DNA of 64,000 nucleotides from positions 3,316 to 67,315 of the IMG/VR virus record IMGVR_UViG_3300011443_000002; one strand, written 5' to 3'. The notes beneath the pieces were generated by a model. That model did no database searches and was not told the DNA's origin. It was given only the letters and a program-made list of their open reading frames with translations. Of the stretch, positions 43,059-52,250 are shown piece after piece. The translations under genes were made by a program, and so were the position numbers. Source of the stretch: a virus. Position 1 is the stretch's first letter. Every line of letters starts with the position of its first letter.

Positions 43059-43286
43059 GTGGATCAGGCAAAAGTTCTCGAAGTCCTCGAAGGCACCACG
43101 GCTCTTGTGGCTGGCCTGACAGGTAACATTGTCACGGTTGGTCTTGCCGTGGCTGCAATCAAAGGGATCATTGGCATGGTCGTCGGCCAGTCCCTCGAAG
43201 GTCCAGAGTATGCGGCTGCAATCCAGCGTGGCCTGGATCGCAACCGTAAGTCGATCGGCGATCGGATCGATACGCTGGAAGGCTAG
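43059..43286 (+). CDS. Small amphipathic protein
   Basis: GGAGG SD, GTG start. Confidence 0.7.
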   Translation: MDQAKVLEVLEGTTALVAGLTGNIVTVGLAVAAIKGIIGMVVGQSLEGPEYAAAIQRGLDRNRKSIGDRIDTLEG

Positions 43287-43295
43287 TAAGACAAT

Positions 43296-43326
43296 CGCGG
43301 GATGGGACACAACGTCTCATCCCGCG
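43296..43326 (+). terminator. 13-bp hairpin between lysis and glycosylation genes
   Basis: CGCGGGATGGGAC-ACAAC-GTCTCATCCCGCG; no U tract. Confidence 0.55.
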
Positions 43327-43339
43327 AAGGCATATTCCC

Positions 43340-44245
43340 ATGTCTAAACTGTCGATCATACTGCCGTCCCGGAACGAACCTTTCCTGCCTCAGACAATTG
43401 AGGCTGTGCTCAGCAAGGCTCGCGGAGAAGTTGAAGTGATCGCCGTGCTTGATGGATACTGGCCGATTCCATCGCTTCGTGACGATCCTCGTCTCGTGAT
43501 CCTGCATCGTGGCTCTGCTCGTGGGATGCGTCCAGCCATCAACGCTGCTGTCTCCGTGGCATCAGGTGAGTGGCTGATGAAGTTAGATGCACACTGCGAT
43601 GTCTCGGAAGGCTTTGACGAAATTCTCAAGGCCGAATGCGAGAGGAATTGGATCGTGGTTCCTCGTCGCATGTCGCTGGATCCGTTCAATTGGTGCAAGG
43701 AAGAAAATGGTAAGTCACCTGTTGATGCCCACTATCTCTCTTATCCGTTCGAGCGTCCCGGCGATGCATCGTGTGGCCTTCATGGGACAGTGTGGAACGC
43801 TCGTGCTCGTGCACGCCAGCACGTTCTCCTTGATGAAGAGATGTCGTCTCAAGGATCTTGCTGGTTCATGCACCGCGAACACTGGACGCGTCTCGGACCT
43901 ATGGAGGTATCTAAGTATGGAAATTTCATACAGGAATTCCAGGAGATCGGCCTAAAGACGTGGCTCGGTGGTGGACAGGTGATGGTCAATAAGAAGTGCC
44001 ATTATCTCCACTGGCACAAAGGCAAACACGGCCGACAGTATTTCATCTCGAGTAAGGAGATGGCTGCTGGTGCAGCCTTCGCGACACAGTATTGGATGAC
44101 GGACTCGTGGTCCGATCGTGTGCACGATCTCAAGTGGTTTATCGAAAGATTCTGGCCGGTGCCAGGATGGCCGAAGGATCTTGATGCAGCCTTCGCTGAT
44201 GCACGAAACAAACTTGGAGCCAACAGAAAGCTGATCACCGTATGA
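43340..44245 (+). CDS. GT2-family glycosyltransferase
   Basis: LSIILPSRNE, EVIAVLDG, G-R-AIN, LMKLDAH. Confidence 0.92.
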   Translation: MSKLSIILPSRNEPFLPQTIEAVLSKARGEVEVIAVLDGYWPIPSLRDDPRLVILHRGSARGMRPAINAAVSVASGEWLMKLDAHCDVSEGFDEILKAECERNWIVVPRRMSLDPFNWCKEENGKSPVDAHYLSYPFERPGDASCGLHGTVWNARARARQHVLLDEEMSSQGSCWFMHREHWTRLGPMEVSKYGNFIQEFQEIGLKTWLGGGQVMVNKKCHYLHWHKGKHGRQYFISSKEMAAGAAFATQYWMTDSWSDRVHDLKWFIERFWPVPGWPKDLDAAFADARNKLGANRKLITV

Positions 44246-44904
44246 GCCGCGAAACTGACACGCTTGACACTCTCTATACGCTCTATCCAGGCACACCGAA
44301 GATCGTGCCGGACAAGTATGCTCCTCTCGAGATTCCCAACCGTGTTCGTGACGATATCCCAACTATGTTGGATATCTTGTTCAAGGATCAGACTCGAATC
44401 GTTGGTGCAGAGATTGGCGTTGAGCGAGCCGTGTTCAGTGAGGTGCTGCTTCGGTCTCCACGTCTCGAGCTTCATTTGATCGATCCGTGGCAGGCTTATC
44501 CGGGATATCGTGATCACGTGACTCAGGAGAAGTTGAACGGCTTCTATGAACACGTCCAAGAAATTCGCCAGAAGTATCCACAGCGAACAGCCTTGTGGCG
44601 CATGACCAGCGTAGAAGCGGCACGTAACTTTGCCGATTTCAGCCTGGACTTCGTTTACATCGACGGCAATCATACGCTGCCATATGTGATCATGGACCTT
44701 GCAGCCTGGACGCGGAAGGTGCGTCCCGGAGGTCTAATCATGGGCCACGACTATCGGAAGCCGAAGAACAACATCGGCCATCATGTTGTGGAAGCCGTCA
44801 ACGCTTGGACCTATGGCTATCGCATATGTCCGTGGTTCCTGCTCGGTGCCAAAGGTGACGAGCACCGAGATCAGAATCGCACTTTCTTCTGGGTGGCACA
44901 GTGA
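44242..44904 (+). CDS. Class I SAM methyltransferase (Methyltransf_24-like)
   Basis: GAEIGVERA, DFVYIDGNH, KVRPGGLIMGHDY. Confidence 0.92.
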   Translation: MSRETDTLDTLYTLYPGTPKIVPDKYAPLEIPNRVRDDIPTMLDILFKDQTRIVGAEIGVERAVFSEVLLRSPRLELHLIDPWQAYPGYRDHVTQEKLNGFYEHVQEIRQKYPQRTALWRMTSVEAARNFADFSLDFVYIDGNHTLPYVIMDLAAWTRKVRPGGLIMGHDYRKPKNNIGHHVVEAVNAWTYGYRICPWFLLGAKGDEHRDQNRTFFWVAQ

Positions 44905-46670
44905 GCAAGTTGGTTTCCATCTTGATCCCTGCTCGGAATGAAGAGTGGCTCGCTCGCACGGTGGAGGACGTTGTCACCAAGATGAAAGGTGACAGCGAGG
45001 TCATCGTGGTTCTTGACGGTGCATGGGCTGAGCCTCCATTAGACAAGAATGATCGCGTCACGGTGATCAAACTTCCGCATAGCATCGGCCAGAGAGCAGC
45101 CACGAACATGGCTGCTCGAGTGGCTCAGGGAAAGTATGTCATGAAGCTTGATGCTCACTGCCAGGTGGGTGAAGGCTTCGACAAAATCCTTGCAGAGCAC
45201 GGAGACGCTCTCGGCCCGAACGTGTGCCAGATCCCTGCTCAATACAATCTCCATGCGTTCAATTGGGTGTGCACCGGAGGACACAAAGTCTATCAGGGTC
45301 CGACTCCGGTCAACGGTTGCACGTGGAAGCCTAAGAACGCGAAGGTCGAGGATCCGATCTGTGGACTGCCTGCCACTCGAGAGATCGTATGGAAGCGTCG
45401 CACCTCTCGTCTGACAACGTCGTGGCGTTTCGATAAGAGCTTGCATTTCCAGTATTGGGGACAGCATCAGGAGATTCATAAGAAGGAACAGATTCACGAC
45501 GTGATGTCTTGCCTCGGTGCGTGCTGGTTTGTGAACAGAGGTCACTTCTTACTCCTCGGAGGATTAGACGAAGCACACGGATCGTGGGGACAGATGGGCA
45601 CTGAGCTTGCGTGCAAGTTCTGGCTCAGCGGAGGACGTATGGTCGTGAATAAGCATACGTGGTTCGCTCACCTGTTCCGGACACAAGGCGGAGACTTCAG
45701 CTTTCCGTATCCACTCAGCGGCACACAGCAGGCACAGGCTCGAGAGAGAAGTGCATGGCTCTGGAAGCAAGGCAATTGGCCGATGGCAATACGAACGCTC
45801 AAGTCTCTTATCCAGCAGTTTGATCCTCCTGATTGGAAGGAAAAGACCAATGGCCTATCTGGACGCACGACACATCCGACAGTGGTCGAACGAGAGGCTG
45901 GCAGCAGCATTAGTATCAGCGTCAGCCATGCCTTCGACGACTCCGGGCAAGCTCTCAGTGATGTTAGAAGTGATGCGCCGACTAAAGGATGCATCTGGTA
46001 TACTGACCATCGAGCCTCAGAAGCAATCTTGTTCAGTTCACTTGACCATATCCAGCGGGCTGCACCACATTTCCCTCTAGTGCGTGTTGGTATTGAGCAC
46101 GTTCCTTACATCGATGTGCTTGTTCCAAATAGTCAGCGTGGTTATCTGACTATGTTCAAGCAGATCGTTGCTGGTCTGCGAGCACTCAAGACAGATATTG
46201 TGTTCTTTTGTGAGCACGACGTGCTGTATCATCCGTCTCACTTCGAGTTTGATCCACCGAAGCGAGATGTGTATTACTACAACATGAATGTCTGGAAGGT
46301 GGATGTCTCGAGCGGTCGTGCTGTGACCTACAGGACGAAGCAGACGTCCGGCCTTGTTGGTTACAGAGAGCTTCTGTTGGAACACTACACGAAGCGAGTG
46401 GAGCTTGTGAAGCGGAACGGCTTCTCTCGCAAGATGGGATTTGAGCCTGGATCCCATGGACGTTCGGAGCGTGTGGACGATATCAAGTCTGAGGAATTCA
46501 GATCAGAGTTTCCCAACATTGATCTGAGACACAGCAAGAACCTGACGCCAACACGGTGGATGCAGGCTCAGTTTCGTGATCAGCGTAACTGTCGGGACTG
46601 GAAGTTGAGCAACGCAGAAAACATCCCTGGCTGGCCTGGATTGGCGAGCTTCTTGGAGAGCATCAAATGA
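44901..46670 (+). CDS. GT2 glycosyltransferase fused to a second GT-A domain
   Basis: VSILIPARNE...MKLDAH; second domain IWYTD...FFCEHDVLYHPSHF. Confidence 0.9.
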   Translation: MSKLVSILIPARNEEWLARTVEDVVTKMKGDSEVIVVLDGAWAEPPLDKNDRVTVIKLPHSIGQRAATNMAARVAQGKYVMKLDAHCQVGEGFDKILAEHGDALGPNVCQIPAQYNLHAFNWVCTGGHKVYQGPTPVNGCTWKPKNAKVEDPICGLPATREIVWKRRTSRLTTSWRFDKSLHFQYWGQHQEIHKKEQIHDVMSCLGACWFVNRGHFLLLGGLDEAHGSWGQMGTELACKFWLSGGRMVVNKHTWFAHLFRTQGGDFSFPYPLSGTQQAQARERSAWLWKQGNWPMAIRTLKSLIQQFDPPDWKEKTNGLSGRTTHPTVVEREAGSSISISVSHAFDDSGQALSDVRSDAPTKGCIWYTDHRASEAILFSSLDHIQRAAPHFPLVRVGIEHVPYIDVLVPNSQRGYLTMFKQIVAGLRALKTDIVFFCEHDVLYHPSHFEFDPPKRDVYYYNMNVWKVDVSSGRAVTYRTKQTSGLVGYRELLLEHYTKRVELVKRNGFSRKMGFEPGSHGRSERVDDIKSEEFRSEFPNIDLRHSKNLTPTRWMQAQFRDQRNCRDWKLSNAENIPGWPGLASFLESIK

Positions 46671-47767
46671 CACTTGGCACGCATGCAAACAAGCTGGATC
46701 GTTGGCTCGGTCCGGAAGAAACGGCACGAATCTCTCATGCGATGAAGGATTGGTATGGTCCGCCGATCGCTGTGGGTGGAGTGCCAGGACGCGTGTTCGC
46801 GCACAAAGGTGGAGACTTCCGTGGTCCGATTCGCAGCGGTCAGTTTCTCCGCGATATCGAATTCGCTGAGATGAGACTCCGCAAGCGTTTCCGTCCTGCA
46901 CTTACGAGGATGAATGCAGGCTTCGCCAGCCTCTCCGATTTGATCGCGGAAGGGACCACTGGCAAAGCTCGCTGGTTCATGTTCAACAAGGTCGGCACCA
47001 CTGGCGTCGTCAACGTGACGAATAGTCTGTGGCTCGTGGGTGCGATGCCTGCTGCTGGTGCAGCCGGATCTGCTGCTCCCGGAGGACGTGCACCAGATGA
47101 CAGCACGACTGGTGCATTTCCGTTCACCAATCCGACAGGTGGAGATACACAGCATTTCACGACAGGGTATCCGCTGTCCGGTGTGGCTGGTAACACGCTG
47201 CTGTTGTATGACCGGATCTTCGACGTCGCGAAGACGATGAACAGCAGTGCCACGGAATCTGTGACTGGCGTGCCAACACGGTATCAGTCGAGCACCACGA
47301 CGGATCCGGACTATGCCGGAGGGAACTTTCTGTTCGTAGAAGTTGGAACGGTGCTCGCCGCTACAGCCCACAACTGGACGGTCTGTCAGTATCGTGATGA
47401 AGCCGGTAACGATGCTCAGACGCTTCCATCTCTGACTGGCAACAGCGGAGCAATTGCCAATCGGTTGGATCATCCTGTGGGTCAGTGGTTCGCTCCGCTC
47501 GCCACAGGTGATACGGGCATCAAGGATCTGCATCAGATGCAGTGTTCTGCCGCTGTTGCCACAGGCACGATCAACTTCGTCATCGGCCATCCGATCGCAT
47601 GGATGCCGTGTCCTGTTGCCAACATGATTTGTATCGCAGACGGCATCAATACCGCGTTCAATCTTACGCGGATCTTTGATGACGCGTGCCTCGCGTTCTT
47701 GGAAGTATGTAAGCCTGCCACAACGGCGACGACTTACAACGGTCAGTTCATGACTGTCGCAGGATAA
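46667..47767 (+). CDS. Putative virion structural protein (Gly/Thr/Ala-rich, beta-rich)
   Basis: Composition and late-operon position. Confidence 0.6.
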   Translation: MTLGTHANKLDRWLGPEETARISHAMKDWYGPPIAVGGVPGRVFAHKGGDFRGPIRSGQFLRDIEFAEMRLRKRFRPALTRMNAGFASLSDLIAEGTTGKARWFMFNKVGTTGVVNVTNSLWLVGAMPAAGAAGSAAPGGRAPDDSTTGAFPFTNPTGGDTQHFTTGYPLSGVAGNTLLLYDRIFDVAKTMNSSATESVTGVPTRYQSSTTTDPDYAGGNFLFVEVGTVLAATAHNWTVCQYRDEAGNDAQTLPSLTGNSGAIANRLDHPVGQWFAPLATGDTGIKDLHQMQCSAAVATGTINFVIGHPIAWMPCPVANMICIADGINTAFNLTRIFDDACLAFLEVCKPATTATTYNGQFMTVAG

Positions 47768-47773
47768 GAACCA

Positions 47774-50203
47774 ATGCGCTTCTACTCATCGGCGGGTCGA
47801 GTCTTTCTCGCTGCTCAATTGCAGTGGGCACCGACGCTCATATCGCACAATCCGAATCCTCCGATTGTTATTGAGCAGACGGAACATCCGTCGGCGAGTG
47901 CGAGCCAGTCGCCGAGTAGCAGCGTCTCGAGCAGTGCTTCGCCGAGTGGATCGTCGTCTGTTAGTCCCTCGGCTTCGGTATCGCCTTCTCCAGCACCAAC
48001 GATTCCGCCGACAGTTACAGCATCGGCTGGTCCTCACACTCTTACAGGTGGTGGGGATGTTATCTCGGTTGTTGGTCTGTCGTTGCAGGTTGGTGACGTT
48101 GTCGGTGTTCTGGGTCAAGTTGGAGGTCCAGATCCGCAGGCACTGTTTCCAAGTGATAACGCGACTCCTCCGAACACATATGAGTATGTCGAATTCCCAA
48201 GTGGATTCGGCATCATGTTCTGTGCCGTGGCACGTATCGTCAACGTGCCTACACAGGTCAGTCTCAATCCCAGTGGAAGCATCGACTTTGGTAAGTGCTA
48301 CACAATAAAGATTGAAGACGCGGCTGTCTCAGGAACGCTCATTCAGGATGATGCAGGTATCGACACTGATTTCAGTGGAGACGATACTGAGACGCTGCCT
48401 GCTATTGTTTCACTCGCGCAAGCATCCGGTCTGTTGCTTGCGACTGGTGGTGCAGCAGGTTTCGGCGACATCATTGTTGGTTACACAGAAATTCAAGGTT
48501 CGTTTTCTGCTGAAGTGTCAGCAGGATGGGAATCTGTAACGAGCACTGGTCCACACTCTGCGATCCAGGTAATCGACGAGCCTGGTGGCGGAGACGGTGT
48601 TATTTATCACATCGCCATCGCAGGTGACGTTCCTGCTGGTAGCAGTCCAAGCGTCTCTCCGAGTGCCTCTGTTAGTCCGTCGTCGTCTGCATCGCCGAGC
48701 GTCTCTCCATCGGCGAGCGTCTCTCCATCGTCCTCCGTCTCTCCGTCGGTCTCTCCGTCTGCGTCTGTTAGTCCATCGTCGTCTGTCTCGCCGAGCGTCT
48801 CGCCTTCGGCTTCGGTGTCGCCGAGCAGCAGCACCAGTCCATCGGTGTCGCCTTCGGCCAGCCTGTCGCCATCGTCGTCCGTCTCTCCGTCCGTCTCTCC
48901 GTCGGCGAGCCAGAGTCCCTCATCCTCGGTCTCGCCGAGTGTCTCTCCGTCTGCGTCCGTCTCTCCGTCTTCGTCTGCCTCTGCGTCCGTCTCACCTTCG
49001 GCCAGCATCAGCCCTTCGGCGAGCGTATCGCCTAGCAGCAGCGAGAGTCCATCCGTATCGCCATCGGCGAGTGTCAGCCCTTCGTCTAGTGTCTCGCCGA
49101 GCGTCTCGCCTTCTGCCTCTGTCTCTCCGTCGTCCTCCGTCTCTCCGTCTGTTAGTCCTTCTGCCTCTGTCTCGCCGAGCAGCAGCGTATCGCCGAGCGT
49201 ATCGCCATCGGCCAGTGTTTCACCGAGCAGCAGCGTATCGCCGAGCGTCAGCCCTTCGGCGAGCGTATCGCCATCGGCCAGCGTCAGCCCGTCCTCAAGC
49301 GTCTCTCCGTCGGTCTCTCCGTCTGCCTCTGTCTCTCCGTCTTCGTCGATCTCTCCGTCTGTCTCTCCGTCGTCGTCCGTCTCTCCGTCTGAGTCTCCGA
49401 GCGTCTCTCCGTCGGCCAGCGTCAGCCCATCCAGCAGCGTCAGCCCAAGCGTCAGCCCTTCGGCCAGCGTCAGCCCAAGTTCGTCCGAATCGCCTAGTGT
49501 CTCGCCTAGTGCCAGCGTTTCGCCTAGCAGCAGCGTTTCTCCGTCGGTCAGCCCAAGTGCCAGCATCAGCCCTTCGGCGTCCCTGAGTCCATCTGCGTCC
49601 GTTTCTGCTAGTGTTTCGCCGAGCAGCAGTCCGAGTCCATCTCCAGGGGACAGCCCAAGCGTCAGCCCTTCGGCATCCGTGTCGCCGAGCGTCTCGCCTT
49701 CGTCGTCGATCTCTCCGTCTGCCTCCGTCTCTGCGTCTGTCTCTCCGTCTTCGAGCCAGAGTCTTTCGGTCTCTCCGTCTGCCTCTGTGTCGCCGAGCAG
49801 CAGCGAGAGTGCCTCCGTATCACCTTCGGCCAGCGTTTCACCGAGCAGCAGCACCAGTCCATCCGTCAGCCCTTCGGCCAGCATCAGTCCCTCGGCGAGC
49901 GTCTCGGCTTCCGTCTCTCCGTCTGCCTCTGTCTCTCCGTCGTCGAGCCAGAGTCTTTCTGCCTCTCCATCGGCCAGCAGTAGTGAGTCACCAAGCGTCA
50001 GCCCGTCCTCGAGTGTCTCGGCTTCGCCTAGTCCCTCGATACCTCCGGCCTTCGTCACGTCCGTCAAGTTCCTGAACGTGCGGCTCAGGCCAGTGATGGC
50101 ACTTGGGAACATCCGTCTTGGTGCTCCGACGCTTGTTCTTGTTGATCAGACCGTGGAAGAAGAAGGTCCACAGTTTTCTAACGTGAGGATCAGAATCGTA
50201 TGA
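47774..50203 (+). CDS. Mucin-like Ser/Pro-repeat protein, 809 aa (putative virion fibre)
   Basis: Short S/P patch, beta-rich domain, 466-aa SPS repeat, short C-terminal domain. Confidence 0.85.
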   Translation: MRFYSSAGRVFLAAQLQWAPTLISHNPNPPIVIEQTEHPSASASQSPSSSVSSSASPSGSSSVSPSASVSPSPAPTIPPTVTASAGPHTLTGGGDVISVVGLSLQVGDVVGVLGQVGGPDPQALFPSDNATPPNTYEYVEFPSGFGIMFCAVARIVNVPTQVSLNPSGSIDFGKCYTIKIEDAAVSGTLIQDDAGIDTDFSGDDTETLPAIVSLAQASGLLLATGGAAGFGDIIVGYTEIQGSFSAEVSAGWESVTSTGPHSAIQVIDEPGGGDGVIYHIAIAGDVPAGSSPSVSPSASVSPSSSASPSVSPSASVSPSSSVSPSVSPSASVSPSSSVSPSVSPSASVSPSSSTSPSVSPSASLSPSSSVSPSVSPSASQSPSSSVSPSVSPSASVSPSSSASASVSPSASISPSASVSPSSSESPSVSPSASVSPSSSVSPSVSPSASVSPSSSVSPSVSPSASVSPSSSVSPSVSPSASVSPSSSVSPSVSPSASVSPSASVSPSSSVSPSVSPSASVSPSSSISPSVSPSSSVSPSESPSVSPSASVSPSSSVSPSVSPSASVSPSSSESPSVSPSASVSPSSSVSPSVSPSASISPSASLSPSASVSASVSPSSSPSPSPGDSPSVSPSASVSPSVSPSSSISPSASVSASVSPSSSQSLSVSPSASVSPSSSESASVSPSASVSPSSSTSPSVSPSASISPSASVSASVSPSASVSPSSSQSLSASPSASSSESPSVSPSSSVSASPSPSIPPAFVTSVKFLNVRLRPVMALGNIRLGAPTLVLVDQTVEEEGPQFSNVRIRIV
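48641..50038 (+). repeat. 466-aa tandem repeat, ~16-aa unit [16 protein letters not shown], synonymously diversified
   Basis: Read directly from the translation; Ser encoded by alternating TCN and AGY blocks. Confidence 0.97.
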
Positions 50204-50553
50204 GCACACACATCGAAGAACCAGTGCAGGAAGGCAGCGATTTTGAGCTCACTGCGATCCTGTATGGACCGGATGGAGTCACGCCAGTAGGGAACGACGT
50301 TGTCACGGAAGTGCTCATGACCATCCGGGACGTGGCTGGTGGCGTTCTAATCGACACCGATCGCGACGTCACGTCCGGCCTGGATATTGATGGGAACTTC
50401 GCAACGCTGCTAACGGCTGATGACAACGCGGTCATCGAAGGCAGCGGAGAACATCAGTTGAGGCTACTGACGTTCAAGATCACGCACTCCGGAGGACGGA
50501 AGCGGAATCAGGAGATCACGTATTACCTCGATAACCTGCAGGATGCTCCATGA
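50200..50553 (+). CDS. Small acidic beta-sandwich protein (BppU-N-like?)
   Basis: ATGA coupling; fold inferred only. Confidence 0.6.
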   Translation: MSTHIEEPVQEGSDFELTAILYGPDGVTPVGNDVVTEVLMTIRDVAGGVLIDTDRDVTSGLDIDGNFATLLTADDNAVIEGSGEHQLRLLTFKITHSGGRKRNQEITYYLDNLQDAP

Positions 50554-50861
50554 TCAAACTTACTTTGATCGTTGCACTCTTGGTGCAGCCAGAACGTCCG
50601 GCCTTCACAACTGTGTTGGCCGATCAATTCGTGGCTGCAAATCGCTGCACGGCTCGATGGTCTTGGGGCGAAACTTTCCTCGGTCTCGGTGTGCCGAATC
50701 CGACAGGTGAGACGCACGTCTTACGTTGTCGTGTGCCTCCGATTCCAGATCCTATCGAGATGGTCGGCAAATGGTATTTGCAGGATCATCTCGATAAGAA
50801 GGTCTGGTGGATTCAGGGAAGCACTCCCGGATCCTGGGTCCGCTTCGCTGGCGAGCCTTGA
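50550..50861 (+). CDS. Small possibly exported protein; last gene of the late operon
   Basis: Hydrophobic N-terminus; ATGA coupling. Confidence 0.65.
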   Translation: MIKLTLIVALLVQPERPAFTTVLADQFVAANRCTARWSWGETFLGLGVPNPTGETHVLRCRVPPIPDPIEMVGKWYLQDHLDKKVWWIQGSTPGSWVRFAGEP

Positions 50862-51019
50862 CGCTTGCGTTGCTGCCGTCGTGCTCCGCACGTGTCGCAC
50901 TTCCAATTCGCGAAGATAGGATCCGTGTCGTAATACATGTATCGACGATGCAAGCTGCTATACTCTCCGACGATATCACATCGTCGGAGAGTGCCTCCGC
51001 ATGGACAGTTTCTCGACAT
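50813..51019 (-). CDS. Zn-ribbon protein
   Basis: CPCGG...CDTCG. Confidence 0.65.
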   Translation of the reverse strand: MSRNCPCGGTLRRCDIVGEYSSLHRRYMYYDTDPIFANWKCDTCGARRQQRKRQGSPAKRTQDPGVLP

Positions 51020-51240
51020 TACAACTCCTCGAGCCAGTGCAGCGGAACAGATTCGTGATCGCTTCTCTCGACGACACGAATATCGAATTCTCCGCTCCGC
51101 ATATCCGGTGTCTTATCGGGATCCTGGCCTACGTGCTCACAGACCATCTTACGAACGTCTTCGGCTTCCCACTTTGTCAAGCGGACAGCGAGCACGCACG
51201 AGTGCGTCCACTTGTTAGCCTCGACAAGATAGATGGTCAT
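51019..51240 (-). CDS. Hypothetical protein
   Basis: Coupled on both sides. Confidence 0.7.
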   Translation of the reverse strand: MTIYLVEANKWTHSCVLAVRLTKWEAEDVRKMVCEHVGQDPDKTPDMRSGEFDIRVVERSDHESVPLHWLEEL

Positions 51241-51416
51241 TTGTTCTCTACCTTGAGCCTGTCCTCGGATTCCAGATCCTTGTAGATCACATAGTCCAGG
51301 TGATCTCCAGTGTGCGCGACGCTCTCAGAAATGTAGTGCGTCCCATGCACTCGGAGTGCAGGCGGGAGAGGCTTCAATGGATGGAGCTTCAGCGCCGACT
51401 TCGTTGTCGTCTTCAT
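51237..51416 (-). CDS. 59-aa hypothetical protein (below ORF-track cutoff)
   Basis: MKTTTKSALKLHPLK...; ATGA overlaps on both sides. Confidence 0.7.
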   Translation of the reverse strand: MKTTTKSALKLHPLKPLPPALRVHGTHYISESVAHTGDHLDYVIYKDLESEDRLKVENK

Positions 51417-51709
51417 GATAATCTCGCTGGTTTGAAGTCACATCGAGGACACTGACCTTCCAAGTCCAGGAAATAACTCCAGCATCGGTTGCACAGATTT
51501 GACTGCACCTGATCTCGAATGTCCTTCTGGACGTTCTGCCGCTCGACGTGCTTCGCGTATCGACGCGTCCGCTTGATCCGATTGACTCCGCTGTGCACCT
51601 TGCAGTATTCGGATCTCTCGATTCGGCCGAAGGAATTGCCACAGCAGCAGAAGTCACAGCATCGAGGACGACGTGTCTTCGGCGAGACGCGGAAGTCTGT
51701 TAGAGCCAC
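51413..51709 (-). CDS. Cys-rich Zn-binding protein
   Basis: CCDFCCC, CKVH, CNRC, CPRC. Confidence 0.65.
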   Translation of the reverse strand: MALTDFRVSPKTRRPRCCDFCCCGNSFGRIERSEYCKVHSGVNRIKRTRRYAKHVERQNVQKDIRDQVQSNLCNRCWSYFLDLEGQCPRCDFKPARLS

Positions 51710-51908
51710 GGATCACCCAGCCTTTCGTTCGATGGCCGCATGGACACTCAAGCCACGTTCTGTCTTTCGAGAATCTCTGCACCAGACTGTGACCGTGGAT
51801 TGCACAGCCGATGCAGGCGAGCCAAGAGCCGACGACGTTCGAGCCGTCTCTGGACAGTCTTGAAAGCAACGATGACGATGGCAACGAGAAGAAGGATTTC
51901 CATGGCAC
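51654..51908 (-). CDS. Small Zn-binding protein
   Basis: CAIHGH...LECPCGH. Confidence 0.6.
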   Translation of the reverse strand: MPWKSFFSLPSSSLLSRLSRDGSNVVGSWLACIGCAIHGHSLVQRFSKDRTWLECPCGHRTKGWVIRGSNRLPRLAEDTSSSML

Positions 51909-51910
51909 TG

Positions 51911-52249
51911 TTACACCTCAAGTGATCTTACGTTCTTGTCGATACGATCGAGCAGGATCTCCCTGCACCAATCGCACTCAGGATCCTCGAGTGCTTCTCG
52001 ATCGAGCCTGATCTGTTGCTCCGTCCTGCCTCGACGATCGAGCGTCTTGAACCACGTCCAGAACCGTGGATCCCATCCAGGGAGCCTGGCAGGATCCGTT
52101 ATAGGCTCGGTGCCAGCCTTGCCAGCCTTTGCCGTGGCCGGAGTCACCTTAGCCTGTCCTGCACAATCAGGCAAGTCCGGAGCGGCATCCTGGTGCCGCT
52201 CCGTCTCTCCAAAGTCAAAACCGAGTTGACCCTGTGCCTTTCGAGCCAC
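51911..52249 (-). CDS. Hypothetical protein
   Basis: AGGA SD, GTG start at 52249. Confidence 0.65.
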   Translation of the reverse strand: MARKAQGQLGFDFGETERHQDAAPDLPDCAGQAKVTPATAKAGKAGTEPITDPARLPGWDPRFWTWFKTLDRRGRTEQQIRLDREALEDPECDWCREILLDRIDKNVRSLEV

Positions 52250-52250
52250 G

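Noticed and set aside
48607-50112. 501-aa acidic antisense ORF, plus Arg/Pro-rich alternative frames 48585-49586 and 35689-36210
   Set aside because: Shadows of the Ser/Pro repeat, whose codons rarely create stops in other frames.
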